NCBI GenBank assembly: GCA_000708835.1
Contig: DF237687.1
Span: 1 to 42,261, forward strand
Direction: 5' to 3'
DNA length: 42,261 nt
Origin: Klebsormidium nitens
Taxonomy: Eukaryota > Plantae > Klebsormidiophyceae
The notes under the pieces were generated by a model. It was not told the DNA's origin, did not search any database, and was given only the letters and a program-made list of their open reading frames with translations. Made by a program: the position numbers and the translations under genes. This document shows, piece after piece, positions 40,619 through 42,261 of this stretch (within the stretch, counting starts at the first letter, position 1; every line of letters starts with the position of its first letter).

Positions 40619-40750
40619 TTGAAAGGTCCTACTGCTGTCTTGAGAATGTCTTAAGCATGCCTGGAAGCGGCTAACCTACTGGCCGTCACCTTGTACGAGA
40701 GTACCAATCTGACGAGGCAGCTACGGGGTTAACAACGCGCTACATACTGG

Positions 40751-41434
40751 CTAAGTCTTTGCCTCCTCGTACAGCTTGATCAGGTCCTCGGAATTGAAAG
40801 GGGCTTGCAGTTGACCTGACTCGATCGCGTGGCTCAAGAGGCGGATCAACTTGCAGATGTGGCCCCGCTTCCTTTCGACCGTTTCCTGCTCGGAGCGCGA
40901 CTTCTCCACCTGATAGGAATGATGAGTGCGGACGCTCAGTCTTGGCGAACACCGTACGTTGACTTGCTTGCACGTAAAGTGCTTCGAAATTAAAACGTGG
41001 GCTGAGCAGAGAAGACGAGGTAATGAGCATAGGTGCAACTACAGTAGTAATACCGAATTAACGTGCAAAGTGAGAGACCTTCACTAGTAGTAAAAGAAAA
41101 GACCTGCAATACCTGGTTGAGAAGATGGCAAGGCGCACCCAAGTCTTCAGAATCACCTTCGTGTGCCCAGATCGCATCAGTCATCTTCCGAAGACGATAG
41201 GCTTCCAACGCAACGCAATCTCCTTTGAGACAAGCTGTGGCAAAACGTACATGAAATGTGCTTCTATGTAACGTTCCGTTAGGATCGAGCATCATGAGCT
41301 CTTACCCCAAGCATGTTCTCGATGCTCAGGCTCTTCTTTTTCGCGTCAACCGTGAGGTGCTGCTTGGTCACGATCTCCTCGATGTACTGTAGAGTGAACA
41401 ACCCACAGTCGTAGTTGTTCTCCTCGACGGGTAC
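40751..41434 (-). pseudogene. Ulp1/C48 SUMO-protease-like gene, 3' exons (degenerate)
   Basis: Exon 41306-41434 (AG|...|GT) reads VPVEENNYDCGLFTLQYIEEI, the catalytic-Cys motif with the oxyanion Gln replaced by Glu. Last exon 40751-40909 contains KRGHICKLI. Upstream frames are broken. Confidence 0.7.
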
Positions 41435-42093
41435 CTGCAAGGTGAAGTATTGCTTAGAGTCTCACTCGTAATGACCATCTTCGGACGATCCTAAGGTTCA
41501 AATCCCGACTTCTTGACTATTAGATACACGAAGTCCCTTACAGCATGTGCACAAGATGCTTCAATGGAAGAGCTGCAACGACTACGTACAAGCCGCATAT
41601 TCTGATGCTTCAAGCCGCATTTCGGAGCTTTCAAATTGTTTGCTATCAGATCAAGCCTTCTCCGAGAGCAGTAAGTATGATATACGGTGCATTCATTGTT
41701 GTATTTCACGAATCCACTCGGCCGAAATTCTTCGACCGCCAGTTGCTTTTTGCTAGAACTATCAAAGGTCTCGGCTTCAGACGACGGAAACGAACGTCCT
41801 CATACGTCACCGAGTGCAAGCACAGCTGCCTTGCCTTGCAACATGTCATTGACTGGCGCCTCGTGACGCATGGCCAGTGAACTGCCCGCATAGCACAAAC
41901 ATACAGTTCCGAGACGGTCGGTATTACTTGCCTGTGGTATGATGGTGGGCATGCTGGTCTTTGTGAACGGCTTTTGCGGGGCAATCCTCTTGGGCGGTCG
42001 CAAAGGCACGTTCCGCGACAGGTACAATTCGGAGAGATACCTAGGCAGAAGAAAGAGATGTGAGTCCAAGCATTCGCTGCGGTGCTGATTGTG

Positions 42094-42261
42094 GACATTC
42101 TTCGGAAGGAGAAGTTTTGAAAACGTCTGTGAGTCGAAATCTATGTTCGCTCAGACAGAGGTCAAATATCTGGGTCATATTGTTGACTCGCGAGGTATCA
42201 GACCCGATCCGAAGAAAGTGGAATCAGTTCAAACCTGGCCAGTACCTCAGAGCGTCACTAA
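42094..42261 (+). mobile_element. Ty3/gypsy LTR-retrotransposon reverse-transcriptase fragment (runs off the window)
   Basis: DILRKEKF, a frameshift, then CESKSMFAQTEVKYLGHIVDSRGIRPDPKKVESVQTWPVPQSV, the C-terminal RT motif of gypsy Pol. Confidence 0.88.

Overview
Eukaryotic scaffold window with six N gaps (10582-11371, 19956-20621, 28562-29024, 29914-30518, 33605-34496, 35448-35506). Most of it (about 3.2-30.6 kb) is a dense run of mostly intronless genes that look like an endogenized giant virus (Nucleocytoviricota) element. It carries an A32-like ATPase N-terminal fragment, an H4-H3 doublet histone broken by one frameshift, a CAP/PR-1 protein, a secreted Pro-rich glycoprotein, a six-finger C2H2/nuclease fusion, a J-domain protein, an HNH endonuclease, a variant monoubiquitin, a SET protein, a SAM methyltransferase, a CE-clan protease-like protein, a tandem MSV199-like/nuclease protein, a D6/D11-like SF2 helicase, and a WNK-like pseudokinase fused to a receiver domain. 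A 105-120 bp inverted-repeat-bounded element occurs as a 213-bp-period tandem array and as two solo copies. The left flank is a spliced, divergent helicase-like gene. The right flank is host-like: an LRR receptor gene stopped just after its TM helix, Ulp1-protease exons, a 34-bp palindrome and a Ty3/gypsy RT fragment. A streptophyte green alga such as Klebsormidium is a plausible host, inferred from the LRR style, splice signals and gene content but not demonstrated. All family assignments come from motifs read by eye, not database searches.
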